Origin: Anaerolineae bacterium
GTDB taxonomy: Bacteria; Chloroflexota; Anaerolineae; Aggregatilineales; J027
Length of the DNA: 64,000 nucleotides
Direction of reading: 5' to 3'
Assembly: GCA_034437655.1 (NCBI GenBank)
Contig: DAOTTU010000001.1
Coordinates: forward strand, 1,017 to 65,016
Program-made: the position numbers and the translations under genes
Notes under the pieces: model-generated
The model's database searches: none
Told to the model about the DNA's origin: nothing
What the model saw: the letters and a program-made list of their open reading frames with translations, nothing else
Shown here: piece by piece, positions 53,885 to 63,832 of the stretch
Layout: each line of letters opens with the position of its first letter
Position numbering within the stretch: position 1 is the stretch's first letter

Positions 53885-55636
53885 ATGCTCAAACCTTACC
53901 TGCCCTTCCTTGAATGGGGACGCGCTTATCAGTGGCGTTACCTCCCAGATGACATCACTGCCGGGTTAACCGTCGCGACGATGCTCGTGCCCCAAAGCCT
54001 CGCATATGCCACATTAGCCGGCTTGCCACCCATTATGGGGCTTTATACCAGCCTGCTGCCTGTTTTCCTCTATGGGTTGCTGGGCTCAACACCTGTGCTG
54101 ACACTCGGGCCGACTGCGATTACGTCGGTAATGATCTTCGCTACGCTGCAACCACTGGCAGAAACCGAGTCTGAGGAATACATTGCGCTGGCAATTACGA
54201 TGGCGCTGTTTTTGGGGCTGATCTATCTGGCGGCCGGGTTGTTGCGCCTCGGGTGGATCATTAACCTGCTCAGTCGGCCGGTGTTGCTTGGTTATGTGAA
54301 TGCCGCCGCGTTAATCATCGCCTTCAGCCAGGTACAACACCTGCTCGGTATTGAAACGCCCAATAGTTCTTATCCGCACGAACTCGTCCTGCATCCGTTA
54401 CTGCATCTGGATGAAGTGAACATCGCGACGTTGATACTTGCCCTGGCAGGCATTGGGGTGATTGTCTTTTTTCGCACCCGGGTCGAAAAGCTGTTGCGTG
54501 CCATCATTCCACGTGCAACCCTGCGGCTCTACATCGTGCGTAGCGCCCCATTGGTGATCATCTTCTTGAGTATCATCGTCGTTGCCGTGTTACGCCTGGA
54601 CACAAGCTACGACGTGGAAATTATCGGCGATATTCCCAGTGGCCTACCACAAGCCATTTCGCCCACAGACCTGACTTTCTCTCACAGTCCGCAGTTGATG
54701 ATCGGGGCGGCGGCCATTGCTTTTGTCGGGTTTATGGAAGGCATCTCCACCGCAAACGCTTTCGCAGCCCAACAACGTCGCCGTGTGGATACCAACCAGG
54801 AGCTAATCGCGATGGGGGTAGCAAATATCGCCTCAGCGTTAAGTGGCGGGCACGCAGGAACTACCTCGATCAGCCGTAGCGCTGTGAACTATGCAGCCGG
54901 CGCACGTTCGGGGATATCGTCAATGGTAGCGTCGTTCGTGATTCTGCTCACCGTGCTGGTATTGACACCGTTATTTTATTTTTTGCCACGAGTGACACTC
55001 TCGATCATCATTCTCACGGGCATCGTCAATTTGATTGACTTTTCGGTGGTCAGCAAAATCTGGCGTTATAGCCGCTCTGAGACTACTGCTTTTTTTGTAA
55101 CGTTCATCGGTGTGTTTGTGGCTGGCATTGAAGTCGGGATTTTCGGGGGGATTATTGCATCATATCTGTTGCATCTAGCCCGCACCTCGCGCCCACATAT
55201 TGCGATTCTGGGGCGAGTCGGTAACTCCCAGACCTATGTTGACATCAGGTCCAACCCCAGCGCCCGCCTGATGCAACGCACCCTCATCATTCGCATCGAC
55301 GAAAGCCTCTATTTTGGCAACATTCGCTATTTTGAGAGCTTTGTACGCAATGCAATTGCTGAATATCCGCAGACAGAATATATCGTGCTGGCTTGTGACT
55401 CAGTGAATCGCATTGACGGGACTGCACTCGAACACCTGCGCGACTTGATCACTGAACTGGATGCTGCCAGGTTGCGCGTCTTATTTGCCGGGCTCAAGCC
55501 ACAGGTATTTGTACGGTTACGGCCAATTCAGTTTGAACAAGAAATCGGCGAGGAACGCTTTTTCCCCGCCATTCATGACGCTATTCGTGAGACGGAGCCA
55601 CACCCCGACCTATTGCTAGAGGAATATCATATTTGA
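53885..55636 (+). CDS. SulP-family anion (sulfate) permease with a C-terminal STAS domain
   Basis: 583 aa with a polytopic N-terminus (GLTVATMLVPQSLAYATLAGLPP) and a STAS-like C-terminus (IIRIDESLYFGN). Confidence 0.85.
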   Translation: MLKPYLPFLEWGRAYQWRYLPDDITAGLTVATMLVPQSLAYATLAGLPPIMGLYTSLLPVFLYGLLGSTPVLTLGPTAITSVMIFATLQPLAETESEEYIALAITMALFLGLIYLAAGLLRLGWIINLLSRPVLLGYVNAAALIIAFSQVQHLLGIETPNSSYPHELVLHPLLHLDEVNIATLILALAGIGVIVFFRTRVEKLLRAIIPRATLRLYIVRSAPLVIIFLSIIVVAVLRLDTSYDVEIIGDIPSGLPQAISPTDLTFSHSPQLMIGAAAIAFVGFMEGISTANAFAAQQRRRVDTNQELIAMGVANIASALSGGHAGTTSISRSAVNYAAGARSGISSMVASFVILLTVLVLTPLFYFLPRVTLSIIILTGIVNLIDFSVVSKIWRYSRSETTAFFVTFIGVFVAGIEVGIFGGIIASYLLHLARTSRPHIAILGRVGNSQTYVDIRSNPSARLMQRTLIIRIDESLYFGNIRYFESFVRNAIAEYPQTEYIVLACDSVNRIDGTALEHLRDLITELDAARLRVLFAGLKPQVFVRLRPIQFEQEIGEERFFPAIHDAIRETEPHPDLLLEEYHI

Positions 55637-55642
55637 GGCGTG

Positions 55643-56596
55643 TTACTGTTGTCGATACCAGGCAACCGTGCGCTTCAGACCTTCGTCAAAGTCCACCACA
55701 GGCGCAAAGTCTAATAGTTCACGGGCTTTGTCGATCCCCGCTTGTGAATGCAGGATGTCACCAGCGCGTGGCGGATCATGTTGGGGCGCAAATTCTGTCC
55801 CCAGGATAGTGTTGAGTTTGTCCACCAGTGCCAGCAAGGAGACGTTTCCCCCCGTGGCCATATTCATAACCTCACCAATCGCATCCGGCGCACTCGCCGC
55901 CAGCAGATTGCCATACACCACATTGTCGATGTACGTAAAATCGCGTGATTGGTGCCCATCGCCATAAATGATGGGTGGTTGGTCGTTCAACATCCGGGTG
56001 ATGAATTTGGGGATTACCGCCGCATATTGTGAAGTTGGGTCCTGCCGGGGACCGAAGACGTTGAAATACCGTAACGCCACCGTTTCAAGCTGATAGGTGT
56101 GCCAGAACGTACGACAATATTGTTCGCCCATCAGTTTCGCCGCGCCATAGGGTGAAATCGGATCGTTGGGCAGCGTTTCAACTTTGATCTGCTCGGCGGC
56201 ATCGCCATAAGCCGACGACGAGGCCGCATAGACTACGCGCCGCACACCAGCATCACGCGCAGCCACAAGCACACTCAGCGTACCGGTAACGCAATGTTCA
56301 TGGGTTGCCAGCGGGTTCTTGACACTACGCGGAACAGAAGCCAGCGCCGCCTGATGAAAGACGATCTCTGCCCCCTGAAAGATTTGCGTGATGGCCTCAG
56401 TGTCAAGAATACTCTGCTCGTGATAGGTGAAATCCCCGTTGAGAGATTCAAGATGCTCAATGTTGGCACGTTTACCCGTCAACAGATTATCAATTACATG
56501 CACGGCATGTCCGTCTCGCAGCAGATGCTCGGCAATGTGAGAGCCGATAAAGCCAGCCCCCCCGGTCACGACATAAGTTGTTGCCACAGCTCGCAC
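55643..56596 (-). CDS. NAD-dependent nucleotide-sugar epimerase/dehydratase (SDR extended family)
   Basis: VTGGAGFIGSH and a catalytic S...YGAAK motif. The GTG start directly abuts the stop of the upstream dehydrogenase. Confidence 0.8.
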   Translation of the reverse strand: MRAVATTYVVTGGAGFIGSHIAEHLLRDGHAVHVIDNLLTGKRANIEHLESLNGDFTYHEQSILDTEAITQIFQGAEIVFHQAALASVPRSVKNPLATHEHCVTGTLSVLVAARDAGVRRVVYAASSSAYGDAAEQIKVETLPNDPISPYGAAKLMGEQYCRTFWHTYQLETVALRYFNVFGPRQDPTSQYAAVIPKFITRMLNDQPPIIYGDGHQSRDFTYIDNVVYGNLLAASAPDAIGEVMNMATGGNVSLLALVDKLNTILGTEFAPQHDPPRAGDILHSQAGIDKARELLDFAPVVDFDEGLKRTVAWYRQQ

Positions 56597-57919
56597 CTAG
56601 CTTTCCATAGAAAGGCCGATAACGACCTTTTCGGGCACGGTTTTCTTAATTGCGTTGCGTGTATCAATCACCAGACCACTGTGCGCAGCAATGAATTTCC
56701 AGTCAAATGCATCGTGGTCAGTCACCACCACAACACAATCTAATGATTCGAGCCATTCAGCGGTTAATTCATCACCAACTGACAGTCGATCGTTCGAAAG
56801 CATGACTTGCTCAACGTGCGGGTCTGTCCATGTGACATCTGCGCCACGTTGTTCAAGTAATTCAATGATGTCAAGCGCCGGGCTTTCGCGCACATCGTCC
56901 ACATTTTTCTTGTACGCAACCCCGAGGATACCCACCCGCGACCCGCGCACTGCTTTGGCGTGTTCGTTCAAGGCGTAAATCACTTTATCAATCACATACA
57001 ACGGCATCGAGGTGTTGATTTCGCTGGCTAGCTCGATGAAGCGGGCATTGTAATTCAACGTTTTCAGCTTCCAGCTCAAATAATGCGGGTCTAGCGGAAT
57101 GCAGTGACCACCGAGCCCCGGCCCGGGATAGTGTGGCATGAAGCCAAACGGTTTGGTTGCGGCTGCCTGAATCACTTCCCAGACATCAATTTGCAGTTTG
57201 TCACACATAATCGCGACTTCGTTGGCCAGAGCAATGTTAACAGCGCGGAAGGTGTTTTCTAGCAGCTTAACCATTTCGGCACTGGTCGTTGATGAGACAG
57301 GTACAACACTATCGATGACCTGTGAATAATACGTCTCACCGATTTCGCTACAGGCAGGCGTTATACCGCCAACAACACGTGGAATATTCTTGACATTATA
57401 CACCGGGTTGGCAGGATCAATGCGTTCTGGTGAGAAGACCACAAATACATCTTCACCGACAGTAAAGCCTTGTTCAACCACACGCGGAACAACAATTTCT
57501 TCAGTTGTACCGGGGTAGGTTGTACTTTCGAGGCTGATGAGCATTCCGGCATGAATGCTTTCTCGAAGGCTATCAGCGGCTTGAATCACATAGGTCAAGT
57601 CCGGGTCTTTTGTTTTGCGGAGCGGGGTTGGCACACAGAGACTGACAGCATCGGCTTCTTGCAAGGCTTGGTAGTCGGTCGTTGCCTTGAACTTGCCATT
57701 GTCGACAATTGTTTTCAGCCGCTCTGACGAAAGGTCTATAATGTAACTGGTTCCTGCATTGAGTTTAGCGACCTTGTCTTCGGCCACATCAACACCAATG
57801 ACACTAAATCCTGCTTCGGCAAAGGCAACTGCAAGCGGCAACCCTACATAACCCAGCCCTACAACGCCAATGACAGCGGTTTTATCGGCAAACTTATCCA
57901 GCAAAACTTGCTGTTCCAT
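56597..57919 (-). CDS. UDP-N-acetyl-hexosamine (nucleotide-sugar) 6-dehydrogenase
   Basis: VVGLGYVGLPLAVAFA Rossmann motif and a catalytic GGHCIP. I prefer the ATG at 57919 after GGGAG; the track ORF begins at a GTG at 57937. Confidence 0.8.
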   Translation of the reverse strand: MEQQVLLDKFADKTAVIGVVGLGYVGLPLAVAFAEAGFSVIGVDVAEDKVAKLNAGTSYIIDLSSERLKTIVDNGKFKATTDYQALQEADAVSLCVPTPLRKTKDPDLTYVIQAADSLRESIHAGMLISLESTTYPGTTEEIVVPRVVEQGFTVGEDVFVVFSPERIDPANPVYNVKNIPRVVGGITPACSEIGETYYSQVIDSVVPVSSTTSAEMVKLLENTFRAVNIALANEVAIMCDKLQIDVWEVIQAAATKPFGFMPHYPGPGLGGHCIPLDPHYLSWKLKTLNYNARFIELASEINTSMPLYVIDKVIYALNEHAKAVRGSRVGILGVAYKKNVDDVRESPALDIIELLEQRGADVTWTDPHVEQVMLSNDRLSVGDELTAEWLESLDCVVVVTDHDAFDWKFIAAHSGLVIDTRNAIKKTVPEKVVIGLSMES

Positions 57920-58085
57920 TTTTATACTCCCATGCACCAGGCAAAGTATGTCAAATTATGTGCTGTTCAGTCTAACACACGCACCCAACGGACGCGCTAT
58001 GCATTTCTGCCAGACAGATAAGATGATCATTGTCACCAGACAGGGTGTTGATAGACACGATATAAGGATTCTCATTCAATATTCA

Positions 58086-58114
58086 TTGACATTTTTTTCG
58101 ATTAGCCTAAAAAT
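58086..58114 (+). promoter_or_regulatory. Promoter of the metal-uptake operon with an embedded DtxR/IdeR-core-like palindrome
   Basis: TTGACA (58086-58091), a 16-17 nt spacer, then TAAAAA/AAAAAT. The spacer/-10 region contains TTAGCCTAA (58102-58110), which matches the central 9 nt of the IdeR/DtxR box. The flanks are poorly conserved. Confidence 0.4.
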
Positions 58115-58150
58115 ATATTTAGAACATTCTATAAAACAGCAGGAGAAATC

Positions 58151-59194
58151 ATGATGTTCCGCATACGTAATGTAGTCCTTGCTATCGCTCTGTTGATACT
58201 GGCTACGATGGCACCCGTTGCAAGCGCCCAGGACAACGAAAGCACCCTGAATATCGTTACCACTACCACGCAGGCAACCGACCTCGCCACCATTCTTGCC
58301 GAAGATGTTGAGGGTGTCTCCATCACCGCGTTGATGGGGGCTGGCGTGGACCCGCATCTGTACCAACCGACATCCTCTGACATCGAAGCAATGAATGATG
58401 CCGATGTGGTTATCTACAGCGGGCTGAACCTTGAAGGGCAATTCGACGCGGTTTTTGAAGCCCTTGGTGAACAGGGTGTGCTGGTTTATGCACTGTCGCA
58501 ACCTGTTAAAGACGCTGGTTTTATCATCGGGGCATTTGAAGAAGAAGCCGATGTCGCAGGCGCAGACGACCCGCACTTCTGGTTTGACCCCCGCAACTGG
58601 GAACTTACAGCGCTCGACCTTGCCGAAACGCTGGGTGAACTTGACACAGACAACGCCACAACCTACCTTGAAAATGCAGAGACCTATGGTGAGCAGCTAC
58701 GCCTCCTCTATGAATGGGCTGATGAAGGAATGCGGACAGTGCCGGGTAATCAGCGCTATCTGGTGACATCCCATGATGCGTTCCAGTATTTCGGGGCGGC
58801 TTTTGGCTGGCGTATGGCCGCCATTCAGGGCATCAGTACGGAGGATGAAGCTGGCGTCGGGGATGTTCAAGAAACCGTCGATTTCGTGATTGCTAATGAA
58901 ATTCCGGTACTGTTTGTCGAGAGTAGTATTCCGCCTGACAGTATTCAGGCCGTAGTTGAGGCCGTCGAAGACGAAGGCGGCACAGTTCGCGTCGGGCTAC
59001 GGGAACTGTATTCAGATGCAATGGGCGAACCAGATACATTCGGCGGCACCTATGTTGGCATGATCGCAGAAAATGTCTATACCATCCTGACATCGTATCA
59101 GTGCGCAGGGGTAGAAATTGACATTCCAGAATGGCCAGAAGAACTGGAACCAACACCGTCAGAGGAACTTCTCAACCCTGATTGTGACGTCTAA
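58151..59194 (+). CDS. Metal (Mn/Zn/Fe) ABC transporter substrate-binding protein, cluster A-I (TroA/ZnuA/MntC-like)
   Basis: Signal peptide (VVLAIALLILATMAPVASAQ). DPHLY, DPHFW and SHDAFQYF motifs. AGGAGA RBS. Confidence 0.8.
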   Translation: MMFRIRNVVLAIALLILATMAPVASAQDNESTLNIVTTTTQATDLATILAEDVEGVSITALMGAGVDPHLYQPTSSDIEAMNDADVVIYSGLNLEGQFDAVFEALGEQGVLVYALSQPVKDAGFIIGAFEEEADVAGADDPHFWFDPRNWELTALDLAETLGELDTDNATTYLENAETYGEQLRLLYEWADEGMRTVPGNQRYLVTSHDAFQYFGAAFGWRMAAIQGISTEDEAGVGDVQETVDFVIANEIPVLFVESSIPPDSIQAVVEAVEDEGGTVRVGLRELYSDAMGEPDTFGGTYVGMIAENVYTILTSYQCAGVEIDIPEWPEELEPTPSEELLNPDCDV

Positions 59195-59254
59195 CATGTC
59201 AGTAAACGGCTGCTGTGTGCCGTTATGATGAACTATAGAGATACACAGATCCCA

Positions 59255-59286
59255 GACATCAGGGGGCAGCCTTGCGTCCTGATGTC
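59255..59286 (+). other. Intercistronic 9-bp hairpin between the binding-protein and ATPase genes
   Basis: gacatcagg (59255-59263) is complementary to cctgatgtc (59278-59286). The loop is 14 nt. Confidence 0.4.
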
Positions 59287-59310
59287 CGCTTATCAACTAA
59301 CGGAGGTAGA

Positions 59311-60099
59311 ATGCAATTTAGTTCACAACAAACGCGCGCAAACCAGACTACCGCACTGGCGATTGACGACCTGACGGTGGCTTACGACAGCAAGCCCGCG
59401 CTCTGGGATGTTGATCTGGAGATTCCAGAAGGTGTTTTGCTGGGGATTGTCGGGCCCAACGGTGCAGGCAAAAGCACGCTGATAAAATCTGTACTGAACC
59501 TGATTCCACGTGCGGCCGGGACGGTTCGGTTCTATGGCAAGCCCTATGAGCAGGCGCGTTCGATTGTTGGGTATGTTCCCCAACGTGGCAGCGTCGATTG
59601 GGACTTCCCCACCTCAGTGATTGATGTCGTGACGATGGGCTTGTATGGAAAACTGGGCTGGTTCAAGCGTCCCGGTCGTGCCGAAAAAGACCTCGCGCTG
59701 CATGCTCTGGGTCAGGTTGGCATGGCAGATTTTGCCCAGCGGCAGATCAGTCAACTTTCAGGTGGCCAACAGCAACGCACCTTTCTGGCACGAGCGCTGG
59801 TGCAAGATGCCCAGATTTACTTTATGGATGAGCCTTTCACTGCGGTCGATGCGGTGACCGAACGAGCAATTATCAATATTTTGCGCGAACTGCGTGAACG
59901 GGGCAAAACGGTGCTTGTTGTTCACCATGACTTGCAAACCGTTGAAGATTATTTTGACTGGGTAACACTACTCAACGTCGAGATCATCGCCAGTGGCCCT
60001 ACCGCCGACACATTTACACCAGAAAACCTGCGCAAAACATATGGTGGGCGTGTCGCCTACCTGGAAGACAATCAACCCACCACGCCAGCAGGAGCGTAA
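59311..60099 (+). CDS. Metal ABC transporter ATP-binding protein
   Basis: Walker [10 protein letters not shown], signature LSGGQQQR and Walker B IYFMDEP. I prefer the ATG at 59311 after GGAGG; the track ORF starts at 59272. Confidence 0.85.
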   Translation: MQFSSQQTRANQTTALAIDDLTVAYDSKPALWDVDLEIPEGVLLGIVGPNGAGKSTLIKSVLNLIPRAAGTVRFYGKPYEQARSIVGYVPQRGSVDWDFPTSVIDVVTMGLYGKLGWFKRPGRAEKDLALHALGQVGMADFAQRQISQLSGGQQQRTFLARALVQDAQIYFMDEPFTAVDAVTERAIINILRELRERGKTVLVVHHDLQTVEDYFDWVTLLNVEIIASGPTADTFTPENLRKTYGGRVAYLEDNQPTTPAGA

Positions 60100-60102
60100 G
60101 CC

Positions 60103-61431
60103 ATGTTGCAACTTTCAAAAGAGGATCAACGGGTCTGGCTATTGATAGGTGCTGTCGTCATGCTGGCACTGCTATTTATTCCATTCAGTCAAATAGCGCT
60201 GGATGTTCGGTATACCTATACACTTCGCACGGTGTCGCTTGGTGGTGCGTTTTTGGGTGTTGTTAGCGGGGTGTTGGGGTGTTTTGCCGTTCTTCGCCAT
60301 GAGAGCCTGATGGGTGATGCGCTTTCACATGCAGCGTTGCCGGGTGTCGGGGTTGGGTTCTTGCTTGCCGGGCGTGAACTGAGCGTGCTGCTAATAGGCG
60401 CAGGGGTCGCCAGTTGGGTTGGTGTGCAATTCATTCGTGCCGTGTTACATACAACGCGCCTTAAACAGGACGTTGCAATGGGGATTGTATTAGCCGGATG
60501 GTTTGCTATTGGGATTGCCATTCTCACCTACATTCAATCGCGTCCAGACGCCAGCCAGGCCGGCCTTGAAACATTTATCTTTGGACAGGCGGCCACCATT
60601 GTTGCCAGCGATGTGCAGCTCATTGGCGGGGTTGGGTTTATTGCCTTCGTCGTGCTGGGGTTGTTCTGGAAGGAATTCAAGCTGGTGACCTTTGATCCTG
60701 AGTTCGCTGGCGCAAACGGATTTCGGATCGGGGCAATTAACACACTACTCTCAACGCTAATTGTCGTGGCGATTGTGTTGGGTCTACAACTGGCCGGGGT
60801 GATCTTGATGGTGGGGATGTTGATTGCGCCGGGTATTGCGGCCCGCCAATGGACACAGAAACTTGACCAGATGGTTATTCTCGCCGGGATTTTTGGTGGA
60901 TTCGCAGGTAGCACAGGCGCAATTTTAAGTGCCATTGAGGCCAATATTCCAACCGGGCCTATGATTATCGTCGTCGCCTTTTCAATTGTGGTTGTCTCCA
61001 TCACGCTTGCACCCGGACGTGGGCTGGTGTGGACGTCCCTTCGGCAACGCGCAGACCGTCGTCGCTTTGCCGCCCAAACCACACTCCGCGACCTGTACCG
61101 CTATGCACAGTCTCATGGTAGCGACACCTACCCGGTTCCAGACGCCTTCATTCGTAGTGTCGGCAGCAACTTTGTGGGTCTGGGGCTGAAACAACTGGAA
61201 AAAGCAGGCCACATTCAACCGCAGGATAACGCCTGGATACTCACCCCTACTGGCATCCAGTCCGCCACCGCAGATGCACACAACCAGCAACTCTGGGAAA
61301 TCTACCGCGAATACGGCGATGAGCTACAGCTTCCACTGATTATGGAGGATCGTCAGCGCGACATTCATGAAGTGTTGCCAGAACCAGCTATCCATAAACT
61401 TGAGCAGAAATTGGAAGGAGCGTCGGTCTGA
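60103..61431 (+). CDS. ABC-3 family metal transporter permease fused to a C-terminal DtxR-like winged-helix / dimerisation segment
   Basis: Residues 1-305 form a polytopic ABC-3-like core. The ~130-aa C-terminal soluble region (LKQLEKAGHIQ...WILTPTGIQSA...LWEIY...DIHEVLPEPAIHKLEQKL) is collinear with DtxR/MntR N-terminal domains. Confidence 0.75.
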   Translation: MLQLSKEDQRVWLLIGAVVMLALLFIPFSQIALDVRYTYTLRTVSLGGAFLGVVSGVLGCFAVLRHESLMGDALSHAALPGVGVGFLLAGRELSVLLIGAGVASWVGVQFIRAVLHTTRLKQDVAMGIVLAGWFAIGIAILTYIQSRPDASQAGLETFIFGQAATIVASDVQLIGGVGFIAFVVLGLFWKEFKLVTFDPEFAGANGFRIGAINTLLSTLIVVAIVLGLQLAGVILMVGMLIAPGIAARQWTQKLDQMVILAGIFGGFAGSTGAILSAIEANIPTGPMIIVVAFSIVVVSITLAPGRGLVWTSLRQRADRRRFAAQTTLRDLYRYAQSHGSDTYPVPDAFIRSVGSNFVGLGLKQLEKAGHIQPQDNAWILTPTGIQSATADAHNQQLWEIYREYGDELQLPLIMEDRQRDIHEVLPEPAIHKLEQKLEGASV

Positions 61432-62864
61432 TGCTATTCGAACTCGAACGCCTCATTATTGACCTGCTGTTGAACGTATTCTCACGCGAAGAGATCAATC
61501 AGTTCTTGCGTGACCCGCAACATACAGCCGTTATTGTCGGGAGTTTGATTGCTGTTTCTGGAGCGCTGCTCGGTACATTTTTGCTGCTACGCGGGCTGGC
61601 CCTGACCAGTGATGCCATCAGCCATACCGTCTTACTGGGAATTGTGGTCGCCTTTCTCGTAATGACAGCGCTGCCAGAGGTCGAAGCAGAGTTGTCATCC
61701 CCATGGTTGATTATCGGGGCGGCACTTTCTGGTGTGGCAACAGTCGTTCTGACAGAGTTGATCTATCGTTCAGGGTTGGTGCGTCAGGACGCGGCGCTTG
61801 GGCTGGCGTTTCCATTACTTTTTGCGGTCTCCATCATTCTGATCTCGCGCTATGCGGACGACGTTCATCTTGATGAACATGCTGTGATGGTTGGTGAAAT
61901 TGGTGTCGCATGGGCAGACGCGAATCGCCATTGCTTTGAAAACTGTGAAACGGTTGACATAACGCCGGAAGATGAACGCGCCAACATTATTCGCGAATGT
62001 GTGAACTGTCGTGAACTCGCAATCAGTCCGCGTGATGCTGCGAATGATGACCGGGCGATTTTCCGTGAAACCTGCACCAATTGCGGTGAATACTCTCCCC
62101 GACAGGCCTTCAATGCAGGGTTTACAGAGGGTGAGCCTGTGCAGGTCTTCTGGCCGAAGTCGATTACCGTGAATGCGGTGCTGATGTTGCTGTCGGTTGG
62201 GTTCGTGACGGTATTCTACAAGGAATTGAAGCTGGCCGCCTTTGACGAAGCGCTGGCGAAGGCACTCGGTTTTCGGCCGGGTGTACTGCATTATGCCCTG
62301 ATGATACTCGTCAGCCTGGTAGCAGTCGGCGCGTTCGATGCGGTGGGGTCGATTCTCGTCATCGCGTTTTTCATCATTCCGCCGGCCGCCGCCTACCTGT
62401 TGACTGATCGCCTCGCAGTGATGCTGGTGTTGAGCGCAGTCATTGGTAGCGCGGGGGCATTTCTGGGTTATGAACTGGTCAATTATCTGGACACGTCGCC
62501 TTCAGCCGCGATGGTCCTCATGATGCTGGTACTGTTTGCGGTGACATGGATGTTGTCGCCTAAATATGGGCTGGTTTCAACAATTATTCGTCGCGCCAAT
62601 CAACGCCGCCGCTTTGATAATCAGGTCGTGATGGGGCATATTTACAACCATCAACACATCGAAAGCCAGCGCCACGAACTGACCGCCGACGAGTTGCACG
62701 AGCATTTCCGCTGGTCACAAAGCAGAATGGAGCGGGTCTTGTCGCGGTTGCGTAGCGCCCACCTGATCGACATACAGCAAAATCTCATCGGGTTGACACC
62801 AGATGGCGAAGGACGGGTGCAACAGTTCCGGCAGCAAGCGTTGTCACAAAACGCCGGACACTAG
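61431..62864 (+). CDS. ABC-3 family metal transporter permease with a Cys-rich loop insertion and a C-terminal DtxR-like winged-helix domain
   Basis: ABC-3-like TM core. An ~80-aa insertion (aa 161-240) carries C-x3-C, C-x2-C and C-x2-C. The C-terminus (LTADELHEHFRWSQSRMERVLSRLRSAHLI...LIGLTPDGEGRV) looks like a wHTH. Confidence 0.75.
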   Translation: MLFELERLIIDLLLNVFSREEINQFLRDPQHTAVIVGSLIAVSGALLGTFLLLRGLALTSDAISHTVLLGIVVAFLVMTALPEVEAELSSPWLIIGAALSGVATVVLTELIYRSGLVRQDAALGLAFPLLFAVSIILISRYADDVHLDEHAVMVGEIGVAWADANRHCFENCETVDITPEDERANIIRECVNCRELAISPRDAANDDRAIFRETCTNCGEYSPRQAFNAGFTEGEPVQVFWPKSITVNAVLMLLSVGFVTVFYKELKLAAFDEALAKALGFRPGVLHYALMILVSLVAVGAFDAVGSILVIAFFIIPPAAAYLLTDRLAVMLVLSAVIGSAGAFLGYELVNYLDTSPSAAMVLMMLVLFAVTWMLSPKYGLVSTIIRRANQRRRFDNQVVMGHIYNHQHIESQRHELTADELHEHFRWSQSRMERVLSRLRSAHLIDIQQNLIGLTPDGEGRVQQFRQQALSQNAGH

Positions 62865-63004
62865 CTGCGGGGTTGCCACCGTCAGTTGACCCATTCTGAC
62901 AGGGGCACATGAGCCAGGCCCAAATGCACTGGTGGCCAGATGCGGTCCGGGTTAGTTTTCGGTACGATTAAAGACTGACAACATTCGGAAAGGATACGCA
63001 ATCC

Positions 63005-63832
63005 ATGACTATGACATTTGCACTCGACAGCACCGTAACGCTTCACAACGGCGTTGAAATGCCACGCTTTGGACTCGGCACCTACAAAACCGACGCCGCC
63101 ACCGAAGCCGAACAAGCCGTTCACGCTGCACTGAATGCTGGCTATCGGGCTGTTGACACGGCCGCGCTGTATGGGAACGAGGCCGAGGTTGGCAAAGCAG
63201 TGCTAGAAAGCGATGTCCCGCGTGAGGACGTTTTTGTGACCAGCAAGGCGTGGGTAGACCACCTCAGCTATGATGGGGCCCACAAAGCCTTTAACGACAG
63301 TATGGAAAAGCTCGGTTTTGATACCCTCGATCTATACTTGATTCACTGGCCAGTCAATGACTGGCAGGGAGCCTGGCGTGCCTTTGAGGAGATTTATCAG
63401 TCGGGGCGGGTGCGGGCCATCGGTGTCAGCAATTTCCTGGAACATCATCTGGATGAGCTGCTGTCATTTGCCACAGTGCGCCCGATGGTGAATCAAGTCG
63501 AGTTACACCCACATCTCCAGCAACCCACCCTGCGCACCTTCTGCCACGATAACGACATTCAAGTAACGGCGTGGTCGCCCATTAAAAAGGGGGCAGTGCT
63601 CGATATGCCTGAAATCGTGGAAATCAGCGAACGGCACAACAAAAACGCCGTACAGGTCACGCTCCGTTGGATGTTGCAAATTGGACTATTGACGATACCA
63701 AAATCTGCGAAAACACACCGCATTAAAGGCAACGCCGACCTTTTCGACTTTGTGCTGACCGACGCCGAAATCGACACCATCAATGGGCTGGACCGTGACG
63801 AGCGTATCGGGCCACACCCTGATCATTTCTAG
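63005..63832 (+). CDS. Aldo/keto reductase (DkgA-like)
   Basis: GLGTYK, DTAALYGNE and LDLYLIHWP motifs. 275 aa. Confidence 0.85.
   Translation: MTMTFALDSTVTLHNGVEMPRFGLGTYKTDAATEAEQAVHAALNAGYRAVDTAALYGNEAEVGKAVLESDVPREDVFVTSKAWVDHLSYDGAHKAFNDSMEKLGFDTLDLYLIHWPVNDWQGAWRAFEEIYQSGRVRAIGVSNFLEHHLDELLSFATVRPMVNQVELHPHLQQPTLRTFCHDNDIQVTAWSPIKKGAVLDMPEIVEISERHNKNAVQVTLRWMLQIGLLTIPKSAKTHRIKGNADLFDFVLTDAEIDTINGLDRDERIGPHPDHF

Noticed and set aside
60534-61082. 182-aa minus-strand ORF inside the first permease gene
   Set aside because: It is antisense to a hydrophobic ABC-3 permease. No independent support exists.
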